A stretch of 64,000 nucleotides of DNA, from the NCBI GenBank assembly GCA_047495785.1, contig JBLDXI010000017.1:2232001-2296000 (forward strand). Direction: 5' to 3'. Of the stretch, positions 21,574-36,500 are shown piece after piece. How positions within the stretch are numbered: the stretch's first letter is position 1; each line of letters starts with the position of its first letter. The translations under genes and the position numbers were made by a program. The DNA is from Lepidodermella squamata. Lineage: Eukaryota; Animalia; Gastrotricha. The notes beneath the pieces are model-generated. The model saw only the letters and a list, made by a program, of their open reading frames with translations, was not told the DNA's origin and made no database searches.

Positions 21574-24500
21574 TTTTCAGGGTCAAATAACTCGCAACCA
21601 GTTTTAGCAAAAGTCGGTCATGTACTTCTGAAATATTGCTTTTCATCTGTATGTTGAAAAAAAGAGTTGCCAAGGTGCTGTTTTAAACATGATTATTCGG
21701 CTATTCACAGGCCATTTACATTTACTGAAAGCCTCCCGCTGAATCATCTGTGGCGATGTTATACTTCTTTAGTGCGAAGTCTCAGTAATCGGAAGTTTGT
21801 TTCACAGCTTTGAAGACTACGTCCATTGAGTTGATGATGTGTCTCACTTTTAGCGCCGAATTTATCCCGAAAAATTCCTTTCGGAATTTTGAGGGAAATC
21901 ATTATTAATTTAAAAATCCAAATAAATTACCATAAAATTCTACGTGATTTTCAGAATAAGGTCTGACTTCGAGAACGATTCCAATGATTTATTCCAGATA
22001 AGACCCTTTTTAATAGTTTGCGGTTGGTAACAAGATTTCAAATGTTACTCAGTAAAGGATATTTCCGCAATGAAAGCCGGGTTTTCGATGGTAAATGGCA
22101 AATGGTATATGGTAAATGGTAACATTGACCGGCCAATTATGCTGCAGCTTCTGTATCTGATTCATAAAGAACAAATTCGATATTTATTTACGTTTATTTC
22201 TCATCGTGACAAGACCACTTGGTTAGGTAGAATCAAGTGGCAATACAGCAGAGGCTAGGCATCCGGCATCAGGAGTCAAGTAAAGGCGCAGTTTTTCCGT
22301 AGTCTTTGATGCTAAAGAGGGTGCGGTTTATTTACCGTATAAATAATAATGCAATATTAATGTAAATGTCACCGGAAGAGTAAATTTGTTTTCGCCCCAC
22401 ACTAAATATTAACATTGCTCTCTCAGGTGTTTGTATACCTGTATTTTCTCTCTCCGTGTATGTTTGTGCATGCGTATCGTGCGAAGGGCCCCTTGTCATC
22501 ATACGGCCGTTCATTCAGTTTTTTCTCCGCAAACATTTATCGCAGCTCCATGACCACACCAGCAAATGCCATCATCATGCTGCGATTGCATAAACGCCTT
22601 ATTGTAATTGTTACACCTGTTTGAAGAGATCTGACCTAATTAAAAGACTGATTGGCACCTGGTATTAATTGCGCCCTCAAATGGCTCGCATCCTGTATCG
22701 CATCTTCATCGTCAGGTGTCGCCCTGCCACTTGAAATTTCGACCATACAGCAGAGAGATAACAGCAGCCATTAGTCAGCACTTTAACACGTCGCACATTC
22801 CTTCGTTTTATAACTCGTTGCTCGTCATAATGAGTGTCGCGTTATTTCCGCGCACGTATCGCCCCTCGAGCCGTTGCGCAATGCGCAAAAATATCGGCAG
22901 GTGAGCGCGACCTTATCGCCCCGAAATCGGACGACCGTTGACGATTTTTAACTGCATTTTGGCTTCGGGCGCGTTTCGTCGCGCCGTTTTTATTATCGCA
23001 TTATATTATATTATATCGATACGACGAAAAATAATAAAGGGCCTTCTCTCATTTGGTATTCATGGAAATTTTCCGCCGATCCGACAGTAATCGTTTATTG
23101 CCCCGAGATGATGCCGAAATGAAAGGGAGGCGACCGATAATGCGGCGGCAAATGTCAAATTGGCGACTTGACAACAATATGATTGCAATTGTGATTATGC
23201 AAATTCGGCATACGGGATTTGGGTGACGTCATGATGACGGCATCAGGCGGCGGTTTCTCGACTTCCGCAACGGGCTTTTTCCCAGCAGTGCGATGCGACA
23301 TGATGCGCCCGGGTCACCTTTTCCGGCTCTTCCGGGTGACTTTCTGCGTAACACACCGGGCCGCCTGCCTGGTTCAACAACAAGTTGAGCACTTGAGAAA
23401 AGCCCCGGCCGGCCGGGTTTCTCGGTGCTTTGGCCGAGAACGCGCGCGACACTCACGCGGCGGCGGCGGTGGCGGCGGCGCATCAGCAGCCTGCCTGCCC
23501 GTGCGAGTAAGTGGATAGATGGGCCTGTGCGCTTTTTCGCTCGTTATTATTTGGCGCTGCAATAATAATAACGCGATGGTTTGTTTGCCTACCTTCTTCT
23601 TCGTCGCCGTCGACGTTCGCTCGCCTCGGAGCTGCACGGCGCCGGCGGTCGATTCGGCAAACAAACCCGGGCACCGGCCGACCCAGCACTCGGCACCGCT
23701 ACTATACGTGCGCTCGACTCGAATTTCTCATCGCCAATTCACCGCTCAGCGTCTGCCCGCGCACCGTGCGCTTGCGTCGTCGTCGTCGCCGTTCGTTCGG
23801 GTGGCATCATAAAAGCGGCCTTTTTTATTGACTCTGTGCAAACACAACGCCGGCGTTCACCGCGCTATATTGCATTACCAGCGCGCCTGGTATCATAATG
23901 GCAACGCTGATGCTTCTGCTCGTGCTGGCGCTGGCGGTGGTAGGTATATACCAGCCAGCCAGCACCTATAGCAGTATATTATCATGCATCTATTACTACG
24001 CCGCTGACTACATTATGCGACGACACGACATCCACCTGGTCGATGTAATAGCGCTGGCGTTCGGAATCGAGATGCTTGGATGGGAATATAAGAGAGAAAG
24101 AACGTTCTCGGCGGGTAAACAACACACCACCCCCTCATCGGACACGAGACGGCGATGACGAAAATATAATAATACTAACGACCGTGATGAGGATGGGGAT
24201 GATGATGATGATGACAAGCATAATATTATACCAACCCAAGTGCGGCACGAAAATTTCGAACATCGATTCATCGAAATAACCGATCGGTGATGATGAGGCG
24301 AATCGCGGTGTGGTCACCTTAATGAGCGAGGCGCAGTTTCCAAATCATATCAAGCGCGCGTTTTTTTCGAGCGCCCACTTGGGCTCGCGATCGGTATATA
24401 AAGTAAACGCAGTGCAGCGTCTTTTGTTTGCTGTCTAAATATGTGCTTTATCGTAAAGTGTGAATGAGAGATGAACGCAGGGGCGATGATGATAGGATGA

Positions 24501-26184
24501 GCCGTGATGTGATGTGTCTTCGCTAGACAAATTTGCCCATCACCGGCCTTCCATTCATTCATTCATTCATTCTGGTTCATCTTGTATTTTTCGTTTTGTT
24601 GCCCGTGTGTACACCGTTAGCGCCGATTACTTGAGAGGGAGAGCGCGGTGACGGTAAAGACATTATAAAAAATGCAAATGTGTATTTATATTATTGCGAT
24701 GGTGTTTGTATAAATAAAACACTGAGCGTGTATATGTGTGACAACATTTGACCACAAACATCATCGATGATGCGATATGACAAGAGCCGAAAAACAAACG
24801 TACAGCCTAAGCTATGAATGGAAAAAACCAACTGAACATCAAAGCCAATATTTACCTCATAAATACTCATATATATCGCCGGTTCTAGTTTTTTCGTCAC
24901 CTTGCCAGATAATATACAACAAATGACTGATATAACTAATTCATTATCAATTGCTATCCCTGTTTTATCACCTATTTTTCATCCAATTTTGAGCACCATG
25001 TGATAAGATAAATTCGCCACTTGAGGCTGCAGCCACTCTGCATGCCGTATCGTTTTAGCGCCGGCTTAACTTGTTAAATTTGCGCCTGTGTGAGAAATTT
25101 GTGTTTGCCGATGATGATTGAACGATTGAAGAGCTCCGGAACTAGGCGCCAGCATGACACCCTGTGCTAATCGCCCACCAACTGGCGCTCACTTTGTAAT
25201 CCGATATAGCAGCGCTGAGCCTTCCGCAGCCCCGTCGTTCCCACGTCGCCTGGTACCGGAAAATTATTACGCCGACATAATCCAACTTAATAACACGTGA
25301 AAAATTAGCATCCCGAACATTTTATTTGTTTGCATTTTTTGTTAGAAAAGAAGGCAACAATTTTCTTCACATTTTTTTATAACCATCAAATCATCATCTT
25401 CGAAAAACACGTCTGTAAAGAGTGTACTTTTAAAATCAAAATCGATCATTATATATAGAGCGAATAAATGTAATAAATTGACAAATTGATGATAAAATGA
25501 CAATGAAACGCAGCGTGTTTATATTAATTTAGAATTTTTAAAATGCATAGTTGAAATAGAATAAGGATAATAATTTTTTCATCATTATCATCTGTACAAA
25601 TACACATCATTATTATCATTCACGGTAGAACAAGTTAGTTCATATCTTCAAAATTATATTAAAATCATCTGATAGTTATCATCATCGCGGGTTTGAAATT
25701 TTGCTCACAAGTTTTGTTTTTAACTACTGCCAAGAGAGAAGAGAACGATGAGTTCATGAAAAATTTTGTTGTTTTGAGAGTGAACAAAAGAAGAATATTT
25801 TTACTTTGTTTTCGCTATACAGAATACTTGGCGCGGCTGCGGCGGCGATGAAGAACAAGAATAAGAAGACAAAAAGAAGTAAAACTTTTTGCGTACATCA
25901 AAAACACGGTTTGAAAATTTAATAATTTTTAATAGACACCACGGCGAACCAGCGATTGACGAAAGGAAGAGAAAAAATGAAACGCGCGAGATTTCCCTCT
26001 CGTTTATAATAATATTAAAATTTAGTCATCGAAAAATCGTGTAGCAACGACGCTATGTACAACTTTACAAAAATTCGAGTAGGAATAAGAATTGAACTAT
26101 AACAATAACCGACAACAATGTGTTTTTGTTTTTTGGTATGAAGTATTTCAGGCCACGGAGCAATGTTTAATTTTCGATCGTCAA

Positions 26185-27998
<1,814 letters not shown>

Positions 27999-28370
27999 TT
28001 TTCGTCGATAACACAGTAGGTGATTTTTCGCTCGATGATTTCGAAGTAAAGCTCAGCTCGTGTCGATCGGTGAGATATTATGTCTCGTGGCGGTAAATTA
28101 GCTCCGCTGAGAGTTACTTGTTGTAACAAACGCTTTGATAACGCGCACTAGAACGGTAAGAAAAACAAAAATAACAATAATAATTGTTCGCTCGTACGAG
28201 TATTATCGTATTATAGTGAGATGTTATAAAATTCAATCTAAGGGAGGTGACGACTAGGCCATCAAACCGTGTATTAGCATTTATGATTGACTAGTTGCTA
28301 TATTACAAGAGAGAGAGCGTTTAGTTACTTGTCTCGACGTTTTATCGCAAAAGTTTGTCGACGGACGCTA

Positions 28371-28551
28371 GACTGAAATAACAATGGCAAATTTATAGAA
28401 AGCACACAGTAAGTATAGGCGCAGGTACCACAACTACAACGACGAGCAGTCTCTTCAGTGTCAAATAAGAGCGAGGCGCGCGTCGCTCATTGGCCGGTGT
28501 GCGCACTCGAGGCAGCCATTGGCGCGCTTGTGTCAACACGCACCGGCCAAT
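28371..28551 (-). promoter_or_regulatory. Putative foxA core promoter
   Basis: On the minus strand, TATAAAT at 28391-28397 and an Inr-like TCAGT near 28372-28376. Three CCAAT boxes at 28489, 28518 and 28547 (mixed orientation). Confidence 0.5.
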
Positions 28552-30506
28552 CAGCGACGAGCTGGCGTACTCTCACAGCCAGCACGCACTAAATGATCGA
28601 TAAAAAATTATCTTATTAGCCCCACCTTAAATAATATTGTAACAACATCAATAACAAAAAACTAGCCGTATTTGCTTACGGTGTGTATCTAACAGCAGCA
28701 AATTTGTTGACTCGCTACCAATAACTATTGAGATAATAAATCAAGAGGGGACACGCTTCACCAAATTGCGCCTGGTTTTTATGCAGTGTGTGTACCTGCG
28801 CCGCAACAAGATGATGATAAAATACACAAGGCACAGATATACGGCGACTTCCTATACTTATTCTTGACGAGGGGGTGTCTTCTAGTTCTTCTCCCGCGTG
28901 TGGGTAAACGTTTTTGTATTCTATATAGAGACTAATATCGTTGGAGCCACTTCACGGACACGGCCTACTATTTGTCCAACAAATATTTTCTCAGGCAATA
29001 AATAACAATGGTAATAACTCAATAAAAATCATAGATGTGAGTAAATTTGTTTAAGGATTTATCGATGAGCAAAATTGTTAATAGTTGCAGTAATTTAGCA
29101 GGCTGCAACAACCTGTTGTTGGGAGGGGCGGTAAGCCGCTGTGTGAAACTATGTGCGTAGGAAGTAGGACTTAATGCCCGACTGAACACATCAGCGACTG
29201 GCGAGGAAGTAGAAATTGGCGATTTATTTAAAAGGCTGTGTGAACGGAAGTCGGGCGATATGGCTTTCATGCGTTGAGTCAAGAGCTCGTTGAACACGAG
29301 AAGCGGTCACAGCAAAACACCAGCTGGTGCTTACTTACTCGCGTTCGAGTTGACACTGCGAGCCACATTGCAAGCGGACTGCTCTAAAAATGAACGCGCG
29401 CCAGCTCGACGAGTGGACGGGCGTCGATGCTAGCCTGTCAAGTGACATGACTGACAGTAGTCGGATGTAGGTAGTTTTGAAAAAATTTAAACTCGACCCA
29501 AAACTTATTAGGCCTAAAACTAGGTTAATGTGGGAAAAATTTAACAAGTCCAGCTTAAAATTCGGGACATGGGAAATTTCGCCCTCGTCTGAAATTTGAG
29601 ACGAAACTGAAACGAGAATGAAAGCGACCGACTTGACGCCTTTTGAGGTGGAGTGAAAGGAAGTTCGCCGGTGCTTTTAGCAGCGGGAACTCTGTAGTAA
29701 GTGGCTGTGTAAATTCCGCGTCTTCGATCAGACAACCGCAGAGCTGAGTGACACTTGGTCATCGCGCCAGGGTGCCCACAGCGCCTAATGTCAAAGCTCG
29801 AGCAGTTTGACCGATGCGCCCGCTCACTGCCAGCGCGGCTGCTGCTGCTGGTGGCGCAGGCAAGCAGGCAGGCATTCTTGCGGCCGCGCCGTTGTTGTGG
29901 ATTCCATTTCAAGTGCGAACGCGGCCAGGAATGCGCTTCTCGTGCGCCCAAGATGATATACCTGCGGAAGTTGCGCTAATGGGCGCCGCAGTTGCCGCAG
30001 AATGACAAGCGGCCGCGTAACCTTTCGCAGTCTTCATTAGGACATGCCTCGGCGACGACGACGCAAAAAGACAACAAGCGGTGAAATTTTGCGAAAAATA
30101 ACTCCCTAGATACTGCTGTAAAAATTTCGAGTAGTTGTAGGTAAGTACGGCGAACAGGCTCGTCTAATCAAGCAAAGCAACGGTGTTTTTCTCGGGCCGC
30201 AGTTTCGACTTCTTATCACATACACAGCCGCCTCCGCGCCATGCTCGACACGCGGCGTGATTACGACCGCCACCTTAATAACGAGGCCCAAAACCACCTC
30301 GAGAGATAAACGCGAAAAAATAGTCGAACGGTAATTATTAGCTTTTATTTATTATCATTTCAATAGAAGATATATATAGAAGCTTTATCTTTTTCCATCA
30401 TTTATATCGAGTTGCAGCAATACGACGACAAGACAATCATCAGGTTTAATTCTATTATATGTAGAACAGCATACAAAAAATATACAAAGTTCGAAGCGGG
30501 TGCGCA

Positions 30507-33500
30507 CTATCGTCGAAAGTCGACCTGCTTAGAAGACGTCGCCTTCTTATTAGTATTGTGGCTGTTGTTGATGGTGGTGTTGTTGTTGTTGTTGTTGTTT
30601 GCGCTAGCGCAATTAGCAATACGGCCACTGCGCAGTCGCGTCAACGCCTGCCTCGCGCCGGTGGAAAATTTCGACAAATCAACATTGCTAGACGGAGAGT
30701 TGAGGCGTGTCTCATAAAGCAATTAAACAGGTGAAAATTGGCCGCTTACCTGTCGCGGAAAAACTCTTCCAGGCTCGGGTAGGTGACGGCGAGTTTCAAC
30801 GCCACTAAAGGCGCGGTTGAGCCGATTGATTCGAAGAAGCGCATTCGAGCGGAAATCCCGGTCAACGCGGCCGGGTTCGAGTTGTAGACGAGTTCTGAAG
30901 CCACGGCGTCGCTTATTCGAACCGCGGCGCCGTACTCGTCTTCGCCGATTGCCAACTGGGCAATGTGCATTGCGATTTGAGCCGTGTCCGCGGCGTATAG
31001 GATCGGAATTTTACGAGCCGAACATTGAGCCAACAATTTTGCGACTTGCTGATGCGCGAAAAGTCTAGGAAAAAATTGTGAAAAATTATCAAAAAATCAG
31101 AAAACACAGCCAGCTGAATAAAATAGAATTTTGAAATTCAAGCAGTAAATATAAAAAATCCTTAATTTATTGAAAAATCTCCCAAGGACCCGCAAAGAAG
31201 GGTGATCTAATTGCTATGCGAAATATCCAAGCCGAATAATTTTTTTTCAACAAAATAGCTTGTGCGGAACCAAAATTCAAACATTGGTAAAAAAAATAAT
31301 TATAATTTTGTTGATATAATAATTAAAAAAAAATAAGGAGAATTTTTTTATTTAATCACATAATTCCCAAAAATCTCCAAATTTTCGTGCGAATTAATTA
31401 TTAAAAATGTTCGCAAAATTAAGACCTATTTAACAGTAGCTTCGAGGAAGCCAGCAGCTGGAAAATTCCACCTTAATAAAGCACCAAGAAGTAATTCGAA
31501 GCTCAGAAAAGCAAATCGATGAATTACAAAAATAAATTGGACAATAAATAATGAGAGGACGAAATGGGAATAGAGTGACCACTAGAAAAGGCGACGAAAA
31601 TAAGTGGCGCCAACTCGATAATTTGACGGAGTGGTGTAATCAATTAGTTATTCATGCCACGATCTTGAAAAAACAAAAGCACGCGGCGGAAATCGATGCC
31701 GTGACGCGAAGGTGTAAAACATGCTAAGCAACAGAAACAGCATTACTTCTCTTACAAACACGACGGCGGCGTCTTATTCCTAATTTTACGACTATGCATA
31801 CTAGCTACTAATAACGCAGCTGGTATGAAGTCATCGCTGGTGCCAGCGACACCTCCGCCGTCGATCATTAGATCTAATCGTACGGTGGCGGCTTCGCCAT
31901 CGTTTAGCCAGTTTACGCTGCTGTCGCCATTCGAATTTAATGAAGAAGAGAGCAGCCGCCAACGCCAGCCTACATCGATAATGGCTTCAATTCTAGCGCC
32001 ATCGCCTTATCCGAGCTCAGAGTCGGAAGGTTCGTCGAAAATCCCAAGCCCAGAGCCGAATGCAAACCAGGTTGAAGTCGCATCACCCGGTTCGCGCACT
32101 TCAACCGAAATTCATCGCCGCCCGGTGCCTTACTTCAAAAATCTCGACCACTTCCGTCAAATTATCGGCGAGGGTAGGGTTGATCGCAAAACCCTGCGCC
32201 ACTGGTTCAACTGGTCTGTGCTACAGGAAGAGCGCGAAGGGTTAAGAACGCCGGAGCCGAAATCGCGGTACCCGAGAACATACAAAACCCACCCGCCGTT
32301 AGATACCTTCGACGTAGGATCCACAGCTCTGGAGCAAAAAGCTAACTACGATGCGCAAAAATGGGACCATAACGCAAATCGAACTGGCGAGGAGCCTTGG
32401 GGTAAATTCGCGCCTGTGCTACTGACAATGAAGTATGTAACCCCGGTGGTCAAGCAGCACGGCAGTTTGCCTAAATTTATATCGCGAGATGCTGGAACAA
32501 GGGACAAGAACGTGTTTGTCCCGCCGTATGACGAATTCCCGAAAGATTCGGTTGATAATATCACGCGGCAAGTTCGAATACTGAAACAGCTTCGGGATAG
32601 TGCTTACGATAAAGACATTGTGCGAAATTATACTTTTGAACGCGAGGACAAGGAAAAGAAAAAGAAATTCTGAGCAATAAAATGAACTAATTTTCTATTT
32701 GAACGCGCCAATGCAATATTTTTGGGTGTTAATTTTCCTACCATCAATTTTGGGGGTTTCACCATCAAATTGAGGCTCTCGCCAACGTAACCGGAACCGC
32801 CATCAATTTGGTACTTTCCCCAACAAAATTGATTTTCCCTCCAAAAATCCGAAAATACCTGCCATCTCTAGCGCAGAGCTAGCCTGTCAGTTTAAGGTAA
32901 TAAGTTGATTAAAAATTAGAAAAAATTCATTCTGTATATTTGACATGAATAAGACTTTTAATTCATAACTGACAGGAATAATCTAAAATCCAACTTTTCT
33001 GTCAACGCCAACGATATGGGTCGCCATTTGGCTAATTTTTGAACAGTTCTGACCAAGTCAGCGGGTATTTCCGGATTTTTGGAAAGAAAATCCATTTTGT
33101 TGACGAAAGTACCTAAATTGATGGCGGTTTCCGTTTCGATGGCGAGAGCCCCAATTTTATGGCGAAAACCCGAAAATTGCTGGCTGAAGGCTTTTTCAAA
33201 GAAGAAGAAATTCTGAGAAATAAAATAAAATAATTTTTGTATCATTTTTTTTAGCTAAAAAACTGCGATATGTGTCAAAGTAAACAATGTAAATATTGCG
33301 TAAAATAGGCGACTATCTTGATTCCACGTAACTGTAGTTCTAACAAAAGCCGCCTTGTTAGCTCACACCGGTAAATACCCTCTTATGAATAATGCACTGT
33401 GTTAGCTTTTGGCAAACATACTTTGACGGCGCCATCGGGTTGCGGTTTGTTTCCGCCACATCCTCCTCAACAATGACATATGGCAAGTCAACGACGGCGG

Positions 33501-36500
33501 CAAGATTTGCAATTTCATCAATCGCCTTCTTGCGGCTTTGAGCGTTACCGGTCGGCGGCAGCAAATTCGACAACTTGACCCGAATCGCCGCACTCCGCCC
33601 GGAAACTTGATAATCCAGCCCAGGAACGCTGGCACCGCTAGGCGCTCGAACAATTACGTGCAGCTCGGACGAAAATGACGCTCGTAGCTCGGAGACAATC
33701 GCCTGGCCTGATTGCAACTCTTTCGGGCTGATGACCACAGCAATTTTCGTCCGTATTTCCTCAACCTGTTTCTTAACACGCCTCGCGGTTTGACTCAGAA
33801 TTTGAGGCGATTCTTGCTGCTGGACAGGTTCATACTCCGGCTCTGGTGGGGTTTGTTGAAGAGGCCGGACTATCGCAACGGGAGGAGCGTCTTCTAGCGA
33901 TCTCATTATCGCAACAGCCAAGTCCAGCTCCTCTTGATCGGTAACTTTCAACGGATCAGTTTTTTCATCGCCCTCGTCATCACTCATAACAACCCGTCTT
34001 TTACGCTCAGGCTTTGAGTTTTTACTAATTTTCGTCTTTTCTTGCCGCCTCCTGGCACCTCGAGTTTTCGGTAGAGGCTGGGATGGCGAGGCGAAATCAA
34101 GAGTTTGAGAGCTTTCTTCGAATTCAACAAAATCATCGTCAACGCAGAAACTATCCTGCTCGTAGTCGTCTTCGCCGATAGTTTGATTGCCACCCCGTTT
34201 ACCCGGAGTTTGTGAGTATATCGACGAGGTATCAGCTTTGTTGTAGACAAGTTTAAACCGCCCCTGCCCGAATTGCGGGGTTCTGTGGTCGTTGATTTGC
34301 ATGCGCAGGTACATCGCGTGGTCTTGCGTATTTGCTGGCGAGTGGTGGTCGTTATCGATTAAACTGCTCAAATCACGGTCGTCATCACTACCACCGTCGT
34401 CGTCTTCCGATTCAGAGTCAGAATTGACGGCTTGAGTTTCTAAAAAGCCGCGAGCTCTCCGGCTTTTCTTCGCCTTTTTCTGAACAATCGGGGATGGCGA
34501 GGCTGAGGCGGGAGATTTTCGAGTTGAAGGCGGTAAGGCTTTCGATACCCATTTGGATGTCGATGGTCGGTCCAAGTATGAAGTTGACGGGCCTAAATAT
34601 TGAAAACAAAATTTCAACGATCGAAATATAAAAATCCAGATTTGACTTTGAAATGCGTTTTTAGCTTTTATACATACAGTAACACATAGGTAACAAAAAA
34701 CGCATATCAATGGGAGTACTGTGATGTACCAAGGTGAATGGAAAAAAATCAGAGGAAATCCAGTTAAAATCTAGGTAAAATACCTCAGTGATGAGAAAAC
34801 CTGAAATTCTCCAAAAGCTCCACATTTTGCAGAGAAAAACGGAATTCTATCAATTTTTTACTACGGACGATTTAGGAAAACTGTTGACACTACCCGACAA
34901 CCGAGAAAAAGCTTGCCAATTTACTTACTCAATATTAATTTTACGGAGTAAACGACTTGTAAACGTCTACTTTCAAGTCTACTTGGAACCGGTCCCAAGG
35001 CTGGAACCAAATATGCATGGGCCAAATAACTGGCGAGCTTTTGGGGGTTTCGGGTAGTCACGAAATTTTTTCCATCGTCATCCACCTTAAAACAAGTGCA
35101 CGAATGAGTTCGAAGTGATTTCCTTACTTTTGAAGTCGTCATCATCGTCGTCGTCAATATATTCCGATTTTCTTTGATTTGGCTTTGAAAATTCAGGCGC
35201 TAGAGTATCGTCCAATAAACGGGATACTTTTGCAGGTCGAGGCCGCCTTAATATCGGCGAGTTTTGCGACATTTCAACGCAGGGTGATGGCCGAGATGAT
35301 GGCCCTGGTTCGTCATCGTCTCGCAACTGCTTCGAAAACGGACGAACTCTGCGTATGAGTGGCGAATTTTCCATTCCAGAATGAGGCCGAGATGGCACTT
35401 TGAACGAAGCATCAGCAGCCTTATTGTCAAACACTTTCGGCTCTTGAAAAGTTTGATTTGAAACCATTTCCTCCTTTGGTTGTTCTAACAACGGAAGCTC
35501 AGGACTATCCGGGCTAGCAAACGCTGCCAGTAAGTCAGCCGTAATGTTCTCTTCCTCAATCTCTGAGACCTGAGTAACAGGCGGCAGATCAGTCCCTTCC
35601 AACTGCTCCTCCGCCAAGGGTTGAAGTGGCTCGCGAAACGTGCTAGAAGCAACAACTTCTGGCTCCTGGGCGCCAGTAAAATCGAATTCCAAATCAAAAT
35701 TGATCGGGCAATCATCCTCGATACCAGTCGTTAGAACCCTATCAAATGGATTTTGATCGCCGATTGATATATCCATATCAATTTCAATGTCAAAATTGAA
35801 CAATTCTGGTTGCTTTTCAGTGGTTTCTTTTGCTTCTTTTTGCGCTTGTTTTCGCCGATAAGCCGCAGCAAGAGATTCGATAATGGGTGAAATGTATCGA
35901 TTTCTACTAGCTGATTGCGGAACAGTCGGCTTTGGAGCAGTCATTAAGGCTGTATTTTCAGGCTTCGGATTGACCAAAGGTGTTCCCATGGATAAGAAAT
36001 CAAGAGCTTGGCTGATTCCGATCTCACTCGTAGCTGAGATATTGCTCTTGTTATTTTCGTCTGATTTTGAGGCGGACGGAGGTTGGACTACAGGGGCAAC
36101 AAAAGCCGCCTTTGGCGTACTAGCACAGATACTATAACCAGCCGTTTTTGCGGGTTTCGCACTGTGAGGAGACAAAAACATGGGCGTCTCTTGAACCATT
36201 CGTTTAAAATCTGACTCCTCTAATTGAGCAGTAACACTTCTAGTGAACACATCTAAATCGAATCCACTCCACGAAACTGGGGAAGGGAAGAAGCAAGCGT
36301 TTGAAGGGAAAATGTTTTCATCAACAATATAAACGCTCTCGTCTTCAGATTTAAGCGCGAGATCGTTAAATTTTGAAGTAAAATCACCGGGCATCGAGTT
36401 GTTTTCAACAATTTCAATCAGACGATTTTTCACGCTACTCGTCCAATTAGTCGCGGCCTGAGCATTGTCGAGGATTATCACATCATCGCTGTTTTCATTG

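Noticed and set aside
23219-24317. Many overlapping short ORFs on both strands
   Set aside because: Explained by GC-rich, low-complexity sequence; there are no recognisable domains and many use non-ATG starts.
29019-30297. Short ORFs between foxA and the FANCM 3' end
   Set aside because: No motifs or consistent splice structure; probably foxA upstream regulatory DNA.
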